Shown here piece after piece: positions 16,693 through 24,874 of a stretch of 64,000 bases of DNA (positions within the stretch are counted from its first letter, which is position 1; each line of letters opens with the position of its first letter). Position numbers and translations under genes: made by a program. Below the pieces are notes generated by a model. It searched no databases. It was not told the origin of the DNA and saw only the letters and a program-made list of their open reading frames with translations. The stretch is from positions 1 through 64,000 of the IMG/VR virus record IMGVR_UViG_3300009148_000002. One strand, 5' to 3'. Origin of the DNA: a virus. Lineage: Duplodnaviria > Caudoviricetes.

Positions 16693-18066
16693 TCAGGCTG
16701 GAGCCGTCTGCTTCACTGACGCAACCGCCTTGGCAACGACGGCCTTCTTCACCTTCTGCCGTGCCGCAACAATAACGTGAATCATCGGTGCTCTCACTAT
16801 CATGGCATCGCTCGCCACGATGAAGTATTTCGAGAGTTCGGCCCTCCACCATTCGGCATCTTTCTGAATCAGGTGCGCGTTTCGCCCATCCGCTAGGAAT
16901 TTCTTGGACGGAGCCATGTTGATGATGAAGTAGCCGACGCGCTTGACGCAGCGTTTCAAGTCGGACAGCACGTATTCGAGTTTGTCTGGCTCAATGTGTT
17001 CGAGCACGTCGCTGCAAACCACAAGATCGGCAGGGCGCGGCGGTTCTTCCTTGCCGGGGATACATGGGTCGAATTCCCAAATTGGCCAGGGTAATGCCTT
17101 AGCGAGCATTCCTTTTCCGCAACCAAAATCAAGGACACTTAACACCGGACACTCATCCGTCTTCAGCTTCTCAACGAGCTTGATAACCGTCTCCGCATGT
17201 CGCCCGCCGCCAATGCCGTAGCAAATGTCATCCGCGTGGAGCTTCTTGTTGAGTTCGCAATAGTCAGAGGAAATCAGCGTCGGCTTGCTGAAGCTCACGA
17301 AGCCTTTCTTGTCATTCTTGCGAACGTAGTTGCGGGCGAGATGTTGAACCAACCCTTCGCCGTAAAACTTCACCGTCACGTCCGGCATCATGTCCAGTTC
17401 GTGAAACGTGTTCTTGGCAGGCTCCAACATGGCGGGCGTGGTGATGTATTCCTTGCCGTCGTATTCGAGCTTGTAAGAATCCTTCGGCTGGTTCGGATGC
17501 TCGGCGGCGTGCTTACCGTATTTCTCACTCTGGTTGCCGTCCATGCCAAAGACATGCAGATCGGTGAATCCAAGGAAGCGGGCCATCGTCAGCGTGCGAA
17601 CGCCTGCGCTACAGCCTCCAGTTAGCGCGTGCTCTCCGTGAGGCAACAAGCGCAACCCATCTTCACTTGTGTCGAAGATGTGCCAGAGCTTCACGTTGTA
17701 ACCAGACAGATGCTCGATGAGCTTGGGTGAGCACGTCGAGGCGATGAGATATTCGGTTTCCTTTTGCGGCTGCCCAATGAGCTTGATTTTGTGTTCTCGC
17801 GGGTCAACGTCGATGTGCCACGTCGGAATGATTCCACGATCCACAAGAAACTTGTGAGCACCGGAACAGGTCAGCACGTACTTGAACTTCTTGATTTCCT
17901 CCCAAGTGTCGTTGAGCGATGGCCCGAAGTTGACGAGCGCAATCGGATCGGTGCGTTTTTCCAAGTGCGGCGTGACGCGCTCTTTGACGCGGGCGGTGTT
18001 CGATTTTATCTGTAAATCACGAAAATCGTGGGACACGCAGTAACCGATCTTTAGCGGTTCTTCCAT
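16693..18066 (-). CDS. DUF115/MptE-like domain fused to a class I methyltransferase
   Basis: NFGPSL...TCSGAH...DVDPR...GGCSAG...FGMD in the N-half; VLDFGCGKG and CSDVLEHIEP in the C-half. Confidence 0.8.
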   Translation of the reverse strand: MEEPLKIGYCVSHDFRDLQIKSNTARVKERVTPHLEKRTDPIALVNFGPSLNDTWEEIKKFKYVLTCSGAHKFLVDRGIIPTWHIDVDPREHKIKLIGQPQKETEYLIASTCSPKLIEHLSGYNVKLWHIFDTSEDGLRLLPHGEHALTGGCSAGVRTLTMARFLGFTDLHVFGMDGNQSEKYGKHAAEHPNQPKDSYKLEYDGKEYITTPAMLEPAKNTFHELDMMPDVTVKFYGEGLVQHLARNYVRKNDKKGFVSFSKPTLISSDYCELNKKLHADDICYGIGGGRHAETVIKLVEKLKTDECPVLSVLDFGCGKGMLAKALPWPIWEFDPCIPGKEEPPRPADLVVCSDVLEHIEPDKLEYVLSDLKRCVKRVGYFIINMAPSKKFLADGRNAHLIQKDAEWWRAELSKYFIVASDAMIVRAPMIHVIVAARQKVKKAVVAKAVASVKQTAPA

Positions 18067-18095
18067 CGTCAGCCGCTTATCTTTAGTTGTTTCGC

Positions 18096-19271
18096 TCACG
18101 ATATTATGGTTCCCCAAGAACGGGCTTTGACGGGAACGGCTGCAACCTCAGCGAATTCCGCCTCAATCATAGTGCACATAAGGCTCTTGTCTGGATTGGC
18201 GTCCGTGGCGAAGCCGTAGCGAAAGCGGATGTTGTTGAAGTTGCCCGCGCCGGAAAGCGTCCACGCTCCGCCAGTCGGGGCGAGAGCGTAATGCTTGCGC
18301 TTGTAAATGCCTGTCGTCGTTCCAGCCACGGCAGTCCCATCGTAAACAGTATCCACCGTGCCATTGTCGTTTAATTTGAAAATCTCATCGGATGCGCCCG
18401 TGCCTGCGGCGAAGAATTCTGCTATCACTTCCACACCCCTAGGCGCAACAGTCGGCGTGCTGATGCCGGATGCCGGCCCGTACACGCACTCGACGTAATC
18501 GGTGACGTTCGGCGGGGCCACGATCCGAATGTGATCGTCCGTGTCAGGCGTCGTATCATCGAGCGGAACTTCATCAACGAGTTGATAGGCTGTGGTGGTG
18601 GCATTGGTGATGTCCGTGGTGGTATCGCCTCGCCGGAAGTCCGCCGCGCTAGCCACATTGTGCGTGCCGTCGGATGTGGGCACGAAATGGTTCACGTAAC
18701 CCGCGCCGATTGGATAGTCAGCGGCGGTGCCGGACAAAACAAAATCATCAATAAAATAATCCGCCGTTATGTTGTTGCACAAGAATGCCAGCGAGGCTGC
18801 CGCAATGCTAACTGAAGTCGTCTGCCCTAAATCCGTGCCATCAACTTTTGCATCGAATGCTTTTACACCGGCTGTCATATCGAACTTGAAATCAATCCGA
18901 TACCACACGCCGGTCGTAACGCTCACTCCTGACGCACCAAACGAAGCGGGGTTGCTACCAGTACCGCAGTAGAGTTTTGTATCCGATTGATTAAATGCCA
19001 ACCCGCCAATGAGAGATTGACCGAACAAGTAAGTATTCGCGCTGGGGAGTGTGGCAAAGCGGATGTAAAACCGCCCAACTGAAACTGTCGGAACAGTAAT
19101 GTTAACATTTGCTGTTTTGGAAGAGCCGGAAGGATTGACACGCAGGGATCGGTTGCCCGTGCGAACGGTCGTCGTAGATATAGCGCAGTCAGTCGCCCAA
19201 TGTTGGCCTACAGCCCCGCCAACCGAACCAAGCTGGCCGCATTCAAATCCGCAACACAGGACAGAATTCAC
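18096..19271 (-). CDS. Putative virion/tail protein, beta-sandwich (lectin-like)
   Basis: CGFE N-terminus, WYRIDFK...VDG, YFIDDFVL; GTG start at the edge of the HNH insertion. Confidence 0.55.
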   Translation of the reverse strand: MNSVLCCGFECGQLGSVGGAVGQHWATDCAISTTTVRTGNRSLRVNPSGSSKTANVNITVPTVSVGRFYIRFATLPSANTYLFGQSLIGGLAFNQSDTKLYCGTGSNPASFGASGVSVTTGVWYRIDFKFDMTAGVKAFDAKVDGTDLGQTTSVSIAAASLAFLCNNITADYFIDDFVLSGTAADYPIGAGYVNHFVPTSDGTHNVASAADFRRGDTTTDITNATTTAYQLVDEVPLDDTTPDTDDHIRIVAPPNVTDYVECVYGPASGISTPTVAPRGVEVIAEFFAAGTGASDEIFKLNDNGTVDTVYDGTAVAGTTTGIYKRKHYALAPTGGAWTLSGAGNFNNIRFRYGFATDANPDKSLMCTMIEAEFAEVAAVPVKARSWGTIIS

Positions 19272-19301
19272 TTGACAATATGTCGCGTCATGGTTTAGGC
19301 T
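19272..19301 (+). promoter_or_regulatory. sigma70-type promoter of the HNH gene
   Basis: TTGACA-18-TAGGCT, 7 nt before GTG 19309. Confidence 0.55.
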
Positions 19302-19308
19302 GTGATTC

Positions 19309-19878
19309 GTGATGACGATACACGAACAACGAGAGGCGTGGCGCAAGGCCACAAAGGCTTATCGGCAAAGAAACAAAACAAATCCTGAATGGCTCGAAAG
19401 ACGTAGAGCTAAATGGCGCACCGGAAAACCACTCGGAAGACCTCCGATTCCTCTCTCGGTGCGAATCTGGAAACATGTGCAAAAGACGGATGGTTGCTGG
19501 ATTTGGACAGGTGCAATTGATCGAAACGGCTATGGGCAAACCTCCAGCGAAAGGCCGCGTAAAAGCTTGAAATCCCACCGAGCGATGTACGAACTTTTGG
19601 TTGGCCCAATTCCAGACGGTCTTCAACTGGATCACATTTGCCACAACATTGACAAATCTTGCCAAGGCGGCTCTACATGCCTTCATCGCCGTTGCGTAAA
19701 TCCGGCGCACTTGGAACCAGTAACAAGCCAAACCAATATTATTCGCGGCCTCGGTCCTAACATCTCCGGCCTCCGTAATGCAATTAAGACCCACTGTCCT
19801 CATGGCCATCCGTACGATGCGATCAATACCCGCGTCGATAAGGTTGGCCGGCGTCATTGCAAGGCGTGCCACGGTTGA
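19309..19878 (+). CDS. HNH homing endonuclease inserted against the virion operon
   Basis: GCWIWTGA, HRAMYELLVGPIPDGLQLDHIC, CVNPAHLEPVT, THCPHGH. Confidence 0.92.
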   Translation: MMTIHEQREAWRKATKAYRQRNKTNPEWLERRRAKWRTGKPLGRPPIPLSVRIWKHVQKTDGCWIWTGAIDRNGYGQTSSERPRKSLKSHRAMYELLVGPIPDGLQLDHICHNIDKSCQGGSTCLHRRCVNPAHLEPVTSQTNIIRGLGPNISGLRNAIKTHCPHGHPYDAINTRVDKVGRRHCKACHG

Positions 19879-19886
19879 GTAATTCA

Positions 19887-22175
19887 TCATTGCGTCCTCA
19901 CCACATCCAGCGCAACCAACACACGGATGCAGCTTGCGTTGCTGTTTACGTTATAGGCCAGCACATCGCCAGCGGCCATGCCTCTCGTCCAACCAGTCAG
20001 TGTGGTATCCGAATAAGTCTGCGCTGCGGTGAGTGAAAGCAGACGTGACGCGGTGATTGTGTCCGCAACCGTTGGCGGGAAATTCGCCGTGGTGTCCTTC
20101 CATAGATCAATAACCAGCGTGCCGCTTTGATCGGCGTAGAGATACGCGCCGACGATTGAGCAGGCGAACGGGATGCGAAGATGGCCCTTTTGGCCAGATG
20201 TGATAGCCGCACTGGTGCCGTCGTAAATGACGAACTCAATTCCAGCAGTCAGATGCGTGCTGATCCGGTTTGACAGAGCATCGACAACGCTTTGCAGGCC
20301 GTGAGTTGAGACGTTGCCGATGGAGCGAGATGAGATTGCGCTCAGTGCGGTGTTCACGCTCGTCACCCGGCTGTTGACACTCGTTGCGGCGGCGCTGGCT
20401 ATCTGAACGAGCGAGCCTAATTCCGCGCTGATTGAAACCGCTCGCGCACTTACAGTATTCGCGTGCCCGTCTGCGGACGTAGCAGCGGCACTTGCGATTT
20501 GAACCAAAGATGCGAGTTCGGCGCTAATGCTGACTGCCCGTGCGCTCACCGTGTTCGCGTGGCCATCTGCGCTGGTTGCCGCTGCTGAGGCGATTTGAAC
20601 AAGTGACGCCAGTTCAGCGGAGATGCTAACAGCCCGCGCCGATACGGTGTTGGCATGTCCATCCGCTGATGTAGCCGCCGCACTCGCCGTCTGAACGGAA
20701 ACGAGCCGGATGGATTGCTCGTTGGAAATCTGCGTGGAGAGCGTATTGACGACGCTCTGCAAGCCTTTGATCGACGTTGCGCCGCCAACCGATGTTCTGG
20801 CGGAAACGTTGTTGACGAAGTTCAGGACGCTTGTTGCGGCAGCGCTGGCAGTATTGGCATGGCCATCGGCACTCGTGGCAGCCGCAGAAGCGATCTGCAC
20901 CAAGCTTCCTAATTCAGCGGATATGGAAACGGCTCTTGCTGAGACTGTATTTGCGTGGCCGTCTGCACTAGTCGCTGCGGCGCTCGCTATCTGCACCAAG
21001 GACGCCAATTCAGCACTGATCGACACAGCCCTCGCGCTCACCACGTTGATTGCGCTTGCGGCTTGTGCACTGATCGCTTGCGCTTCCGCACTCGTCACGC
21101 TTCCAGAACCACCTGTCACCGCCGAGATGCGGTTGCTCAACGCATTGATAATGCTCTGCATCCCGTGAGTCGAAACGTTACCCACCGAACGCGCCGACAA
21201 GCTGGCGAGCGTGGCTGAGATGGTGTCCACCCGCGCATCCACCACGACGACCGCCGCCGAAACGATGTCGATGAGCGACAACGTTTGTAGGCGGACAGAC
21301 GTGACAGCATCGCTTAGAACGTAAATGGCAGAAGCGGCTTGGGCACTGACGGCTGAGAGTTCGTCACTGGTGACGCTGCCGGTGCCTCCAACAACGGCTG
21401 AGATGCGGTTGGATAGCGCGTCGATGACGGACTGAAGACCATGCGTGGACACGTCACCGATTGATCGGGCGGAGAGTGCGCTCAGGGCAGCGTTGACGGA
21501 AGTAACTCGGCTGTTTACGGATGTCGCTGCGGCTGACGCGATCTGAACCAAACTGGCTAGTTCCGCTGAGATTGAAACTGCGCGGGCACTGACGGCGTTG
21601 GCGTGTCCGTCTGCTGAGGTCGCAGCCGCGCTGGCTATTTGCACCAATGAGGCAAGCTCGGCAGAGATTGACACTGCACGGGCCGAAACCGTATTCGCAT
21701 GAGCATCGGCGGAAGTCGCCGCTGCGGATGCAATCTGCACCAGACTGCCAAGCTCGGCACTAATGCTGGCCGCTCTGGCTGACACGACGTTAATCGCGCT
21801 GGCTGCCTGTGCGCTAATCGCCTGTGCTTCGGCACTGGTAACACTTCCGCTGCCGCCCGTAACCGTGGAAATCCGATTCGAGAGCGCGTTGATAATGCTC
21901 TGCAATCCATGCGTTGAGACATCACCAACGGAACGAGCAGACAACGCGGACAGCGCCGCATTCACGCTCGTCACACGCGAATTGACACTGGTAGCGGCTG
22001 CCGAGGCAATTTGAACGAGCGATCCCAACTCAGCCGAAATGGACGCGGCCCGTGCCGAGACGACATTGACCGCCGACGCAGCCTGAGCCGACACGGCAGA
22101 CAACTCCGTGCTCGTGACGCTCGCGGCGTTCGGATCAGTAACCAGCAACTCGCCTTTTTCGGTGAATAGTTTCAT
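19887..22175 (-). CDS. Ser/Ala-rich repeat tail-fibre-like protein
   Basis: Repeats SARAVSISAELASLVQIASAAATSADGHANTV and SVGDVSTHGLQSxxxALSNRIS; globular C-terminal domain; start at ATG 22175 (ATGA overlap). Confidence 0.7.
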   Translation of the reverse strand: MKLFTEKGELLVTDPNAASVTSTELSAVSAQAASAVNVVSARAASISAELGSLVQIASAAATSVNSRVTSVNAALSALSARSVGDVSTHGLQSIINALSNRISTVTGGSGSVTSAEAQAISAQAASAINVVSARAASISAELGSLVQIASAAATSADAHANTVSARAVSISAELASLVQIASAAATSADGHANAVSARAVSISAELASLVQIASAAATSVNSRVTSVNAALSALSARSIGDVSTHGLQSVIDALSNRISAVVGGTGSVTSDELSAVSAQAASAIYVLSDAVTSVRLQTLSLIDIVSAAVVVVDARVDTISATLASLSARSVGNVSTHGMQSIINALSNRISAVTGGSGSVTSAEAQAISAQAASAINVVSARAVSISAELASLVQIASAAATSADGHANTVSARAVSISAELGSLVQIASAAATSADGHANTASAAATSVLNFVNNVSARTSVGGATSIKGLQSVVNTLSTQISNEQSIRLVSVQTASAAATSADGHANTVSARAVSISAELASLVQIASAAATSADGHANTVSARAVSISAELASLVQIASAAATSADGHANTVSARAVSISAELGSLVQIASAAATSVNSRVTSVNTALSAISSRSIGNVSTHGLQSVVDALSNRISTHLTAGIEFVIYDGTSAAITSGQKGHLRIPFACSIVGAYLYADQSGTLVIDLWKDTTANFPPTVADTITASRLLSLTAAQTYSDTTLTGWTRGMAAGDVLAYNVNSNASCIRVLVALDVVRTQ

Positions 22176-22684
22176 GGGTAGCGCCACTGCTCAAACCATT
22201 TGCTGGTACCGCCACCAATCCAAATCAATTGCAACGTTTCACCGGCCACGACAGGCACCCAATCGGCGCTCAACTGTACATTGCCGGTATTTACAAGCTT
22301 GGCCGCTCCGGTTCCCTCCAACATCACCTTTTTCTCAACAAAGAACTGTTGTCCATCTTGTAGTGTAAAAATGCGATTTGTTGGTGTGGCATCGTCTGAC
22401 TCAATCCTGCACAACCCGGTCGTTGGGCCAACAATCGTGTTGTTGGAATCAAGCAGGGTGTAACTGTTTTCTAAAACTATCGCAGAAGGCTTAATTATCC
22501 CAGCCACATAAATAGTTTCGTCAAATAATCCAGCGCCAGGGTTGACATCGTGAATGATCGAATCTACAAAAGTTGTAGCATTCTGTCGGATTGGCAGATA
22601 ATTGTTTGTGGTGTTGATTGTCGTGCCGCCAGCGCCACTTGTTCTCGCCACCAACAACCGGCCTTGTTCGTCAAACATCTTCAT
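22172..22684 (-). CDS. Putative virion protein
   Basis: Beta-rich; lies in tail module. Confidence 0.5.
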   Translation of the reverse strand: MKMFDEQGRLLVARTSGAGGTTINTTNNYLPIRQNATTFVDSIIHDVNPGAGLFDETIYVAGIIKPSAIVLENSYTLLDSNNTIVGPTTGLCRIESDDATPTNRIFTLQDGQQFFVEKKVMLEGTGAAKLVNTGNVQLSADWVPVVAGETLQLIWIGGGTSKWFEQWRYP

Positions 22685-22995
22685 GGCCTGATCGCTCCTG
22701 TGATGATGTAGTCCACCACCGTTGCGGCGTCGGCGTCGCCTTCGATTAGGTCGCCAACCTCAAGACAGATTGGATCGTCGAATTCAGCCTTGTAGCGCGT
22801 GGGCATTGATAAATTCTTAGGGCTGATTAGACGCGAAGTACCACTCGTGTTCAGGTAGAGGTTGCACAGCCGAGTCACCGTGTCCGTGTTCACGAACGAA
22901 ATCGTTTTGACGATTGTGATTTTCGCCGCCGTGTAGAGCGTGCCTTTCGAGTTAGGCAACTGCCCGTCTGCTAATACTGTTGGGTCTAATGCCAT
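22681..22995 (-). CDS. Small putative virion protein
   Basis: GQLPNSKGTLYTA...VDYIITG; small beta protein beside fibre genes. Confidence 0.55.
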   Translation of the reverse strand: MALDPTVLADGQLPNSKGTLYTAAKITIVKTISFVNTDTVTRLCNLYLNTSGTSRLISPKNLSMPTRYKAEFDDPICLEVGDLIEGDADAATVVDYIITGAIRP

Positions 22996-23009
22996 AATTC
23001 ATCTTTCGT

Positions 23010-24338
23010 TTACAAACCGAGCCACGCGACGACCAATGCCTCGCCGTCCGCGCTGACGGCCACGACTGAAATGCGGTTCGATAATGCGTTCACCACACTC
23101 TGCAATCCATGAGTGGACACGTCGCCCACTGAACGCGCTGAGATCGCACTTAACGCAGCATTCACGGATGTCACTCGGCTATTCACACTCGTTGCCGCCG
23201 CACTGGCTATTTGCACAAGTGAGCCAAGTTCCGCGCTGATGCTGGCAGCACGGGCGCTCACAACGTTAATTGCTGACGCCGCCTGCGCACTTATGATCGA
23301 AGCCTCATTGCTCGTGACACTGGCGAATCCGGCAATTGAGATTCGATTCGATAGCGCATCAATCACACTCTGCAATCCATGAACCGATGTGCCGCTTGAG
23401 AGCGCCGAAATTCCATCGAGCCTCGTTTCAAGACTGGCCAGTTCAGCCGATACGACATTGATGGCGGATGCGGCTTGGGCGCTCGTCACTGAAAGCTCCG
23501 TGCTGGTAACGCTGACGGTAGTTGCTCCGGTGTCACCCTTATCGCCCGCCGCACAGAACGAGATGAAAATGCGGTCACTATTCGCGAACGAACCGGAACT
23601 TGTCACGTAAGCCACGCGGACTTTCGTGTAACCACCGGGATAGGAGTTGCCAGCTATAATGCTGAAGATGACAAACTGCGATGAATCGTCCGTCTTGCAC
23701 AAACGCAATCGTCCGCGAATCGAATTCGTGGCATTGTTATCGAGCGCCTGAATCCAAGGAGTTTGATCGGTGCCATTCTCGTCAAAATCGCTGATGAGGA
23801 TTTTAGTTACCGAACCGAGCGTGCCGTTATCAAACCTCAGCCTGGTTGCGCCCGGATCAGCGTCAACTGGCGTTGAGTCAAATATGTAGGCGAGTGAGTC
23901 ACCGCCAAAGATGCCGTCTTGGCCAGTCGCTCCAGTCGCACCAGTGGGTCCAGTGCCTTTGATTGCTCCAGTGGAGTCCATCACGCGCCAGCCCTCACCG
24001 TCGTTGTATTGGAGCGTGTCCCCGGTCTGAAGCGTGACGACCGGCACGTCGCGAGCCGTGCCATTGTCGTCATACCGGCAATTCACCTCAGCCGGAAATG
24101 AGTCGTGGTTGTGAATCGCAAGGTGTTTAACATGCCGACGAAAGCCGGCAGCGGGAGCGGCCACCCACGTCACAGCCACCGTGTCTGACGTTGTGCCGTT
24201 GCTGCTGCCGGGATTGTAATTCAGCGAGACAGAATCGTTGTAGTCAACGTAGTGCGCAGTGAACGGCAGTTGCTGCGTCGTTACTGCGCCACTCAGCAAC
24301 ACCTGCAACCGTCGATTGACTGTATCGAGAATTATCAC
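23010..24338 (-). CDS. Tail-fibre-like protein with short collagen stretch and the same Ser/Ala repeats
   Basis: GPTGATGATGQDG; C-terminal repeats shared with 19887-22175. Confidence 0.65.
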   Translation of the reverse strand: MIILDTVNRRLQVLLSGAVTTQQLPFTAHYVDYNDSVSLNYNPGSSNGTTSDTVAVTWVAAPAAGFRRHVKHLAIHNHDSFPAEVNCRYDDNGTARDVPVVTLQTGDTLQYNDGEGWRVMDSTGAIKGTGPTGATGATGQDGIFGGDSLAYIFDSTPVDADPGATRLRFDNGTLGSVTKILISDFDENGTDQTPWIQALDNNATNSIRGRLRLCKTDDSSQFVIFSIIAGNSYPGGYTKVRVAYVTSSGSFANSDRIFISFCAAGDKGDTGATTVSVTSTELSVTSAQAASAINVVSAELASLETRLDGISALSSGTSVHGLQSVIDALSNRISIAGFASVTSNEASIISAQAASAINVVSARAASISAELGSLVQIASAAATSVNSRVTSVNAALSAISARSVGDVSTHGLQSVVNALSNRISVVAVSADGEALVVAWLGL

Positions 24339-24556
24339 GCGAATTTCTGCCTTTTGCCTTTGTCCTTCTCAGCTTTCTCACCTTCCGCCAGAGCGGATTT
24401 GCGCGTGAGTTCAAGCAATTCCGTCAATCGGCTGTTCACCGCGAGATGCACTTCGTTGACCGCTTTGCCGACGGCGTTGGCTTTGAACAACGCAAAGGCC
24501 GACATGACAGTCGGCGGCACGCTGGTTATCAAAGCTGCAAGAATTGCGTCGCTCAT
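24335..24556 (-). CDS. Small membrane protein (holin-like?)
   Basis: Hydrophobic N-terminus, VNEVHLAVNSRL, charged tail. Confidence 0.4.
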   Translation of the reverse strand: MSDAILAALITSVPPTVMSAFALFKANAVGKAVNEVHLAVNSRLTELLELTRKSALAEGEKAEKDKGKRQKFA

Positions 24557-24585
24557 AAAGCAATGGGTTATATTAGCGAAACTGA

Positions 24586-24834
24586 TTAGCCACGTAAAGA
24601 AATGCGTTTCATTATTTCCGCCATGAAAAGGTCGGCCCCGTCCCCTTTATCGCCCTTGTCCCCTTTCGGTCCAGTTATGGATGCTCCGGGATCACCGACT
24701 GCTCCTGGTGGCCCCGGTATCAGGCTGGGTCCGGGGCCGGAAAGTGATTGCTCGACAAGCTCGGTGCCTGTACGCGGCGGCAGGCCGTGTCCGAGCCGGG
24801 CGATGTTCTTGCCTTTTTGTGTGAGTCGATCCAT
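24586..24834 (-). CDS. Short collagen-like protein
   Basis: GPPGAVGDPG...GPKGDKGDKGD. Confidence 0.6.
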   Translation of the reverse strand: MDRLTQKGKNIARLGHGLPPRTGTELVEQSLSGPGPSLIPGPPGAVGDPGASITGPKGDKGDKGDGADLFMAEIMKRISLRG

Positions 24835-24874
24835 TGAAATACTAATTCGTCAGTGTTTAGTAGCTCGTTAGTAG

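Noticed and set aside
19887-22175. Fibre repeats as DNA tandem repeats or a shufflon
   Set aside because: Repeats are conserved only in protein; no inverted recombination sites or invertase seen
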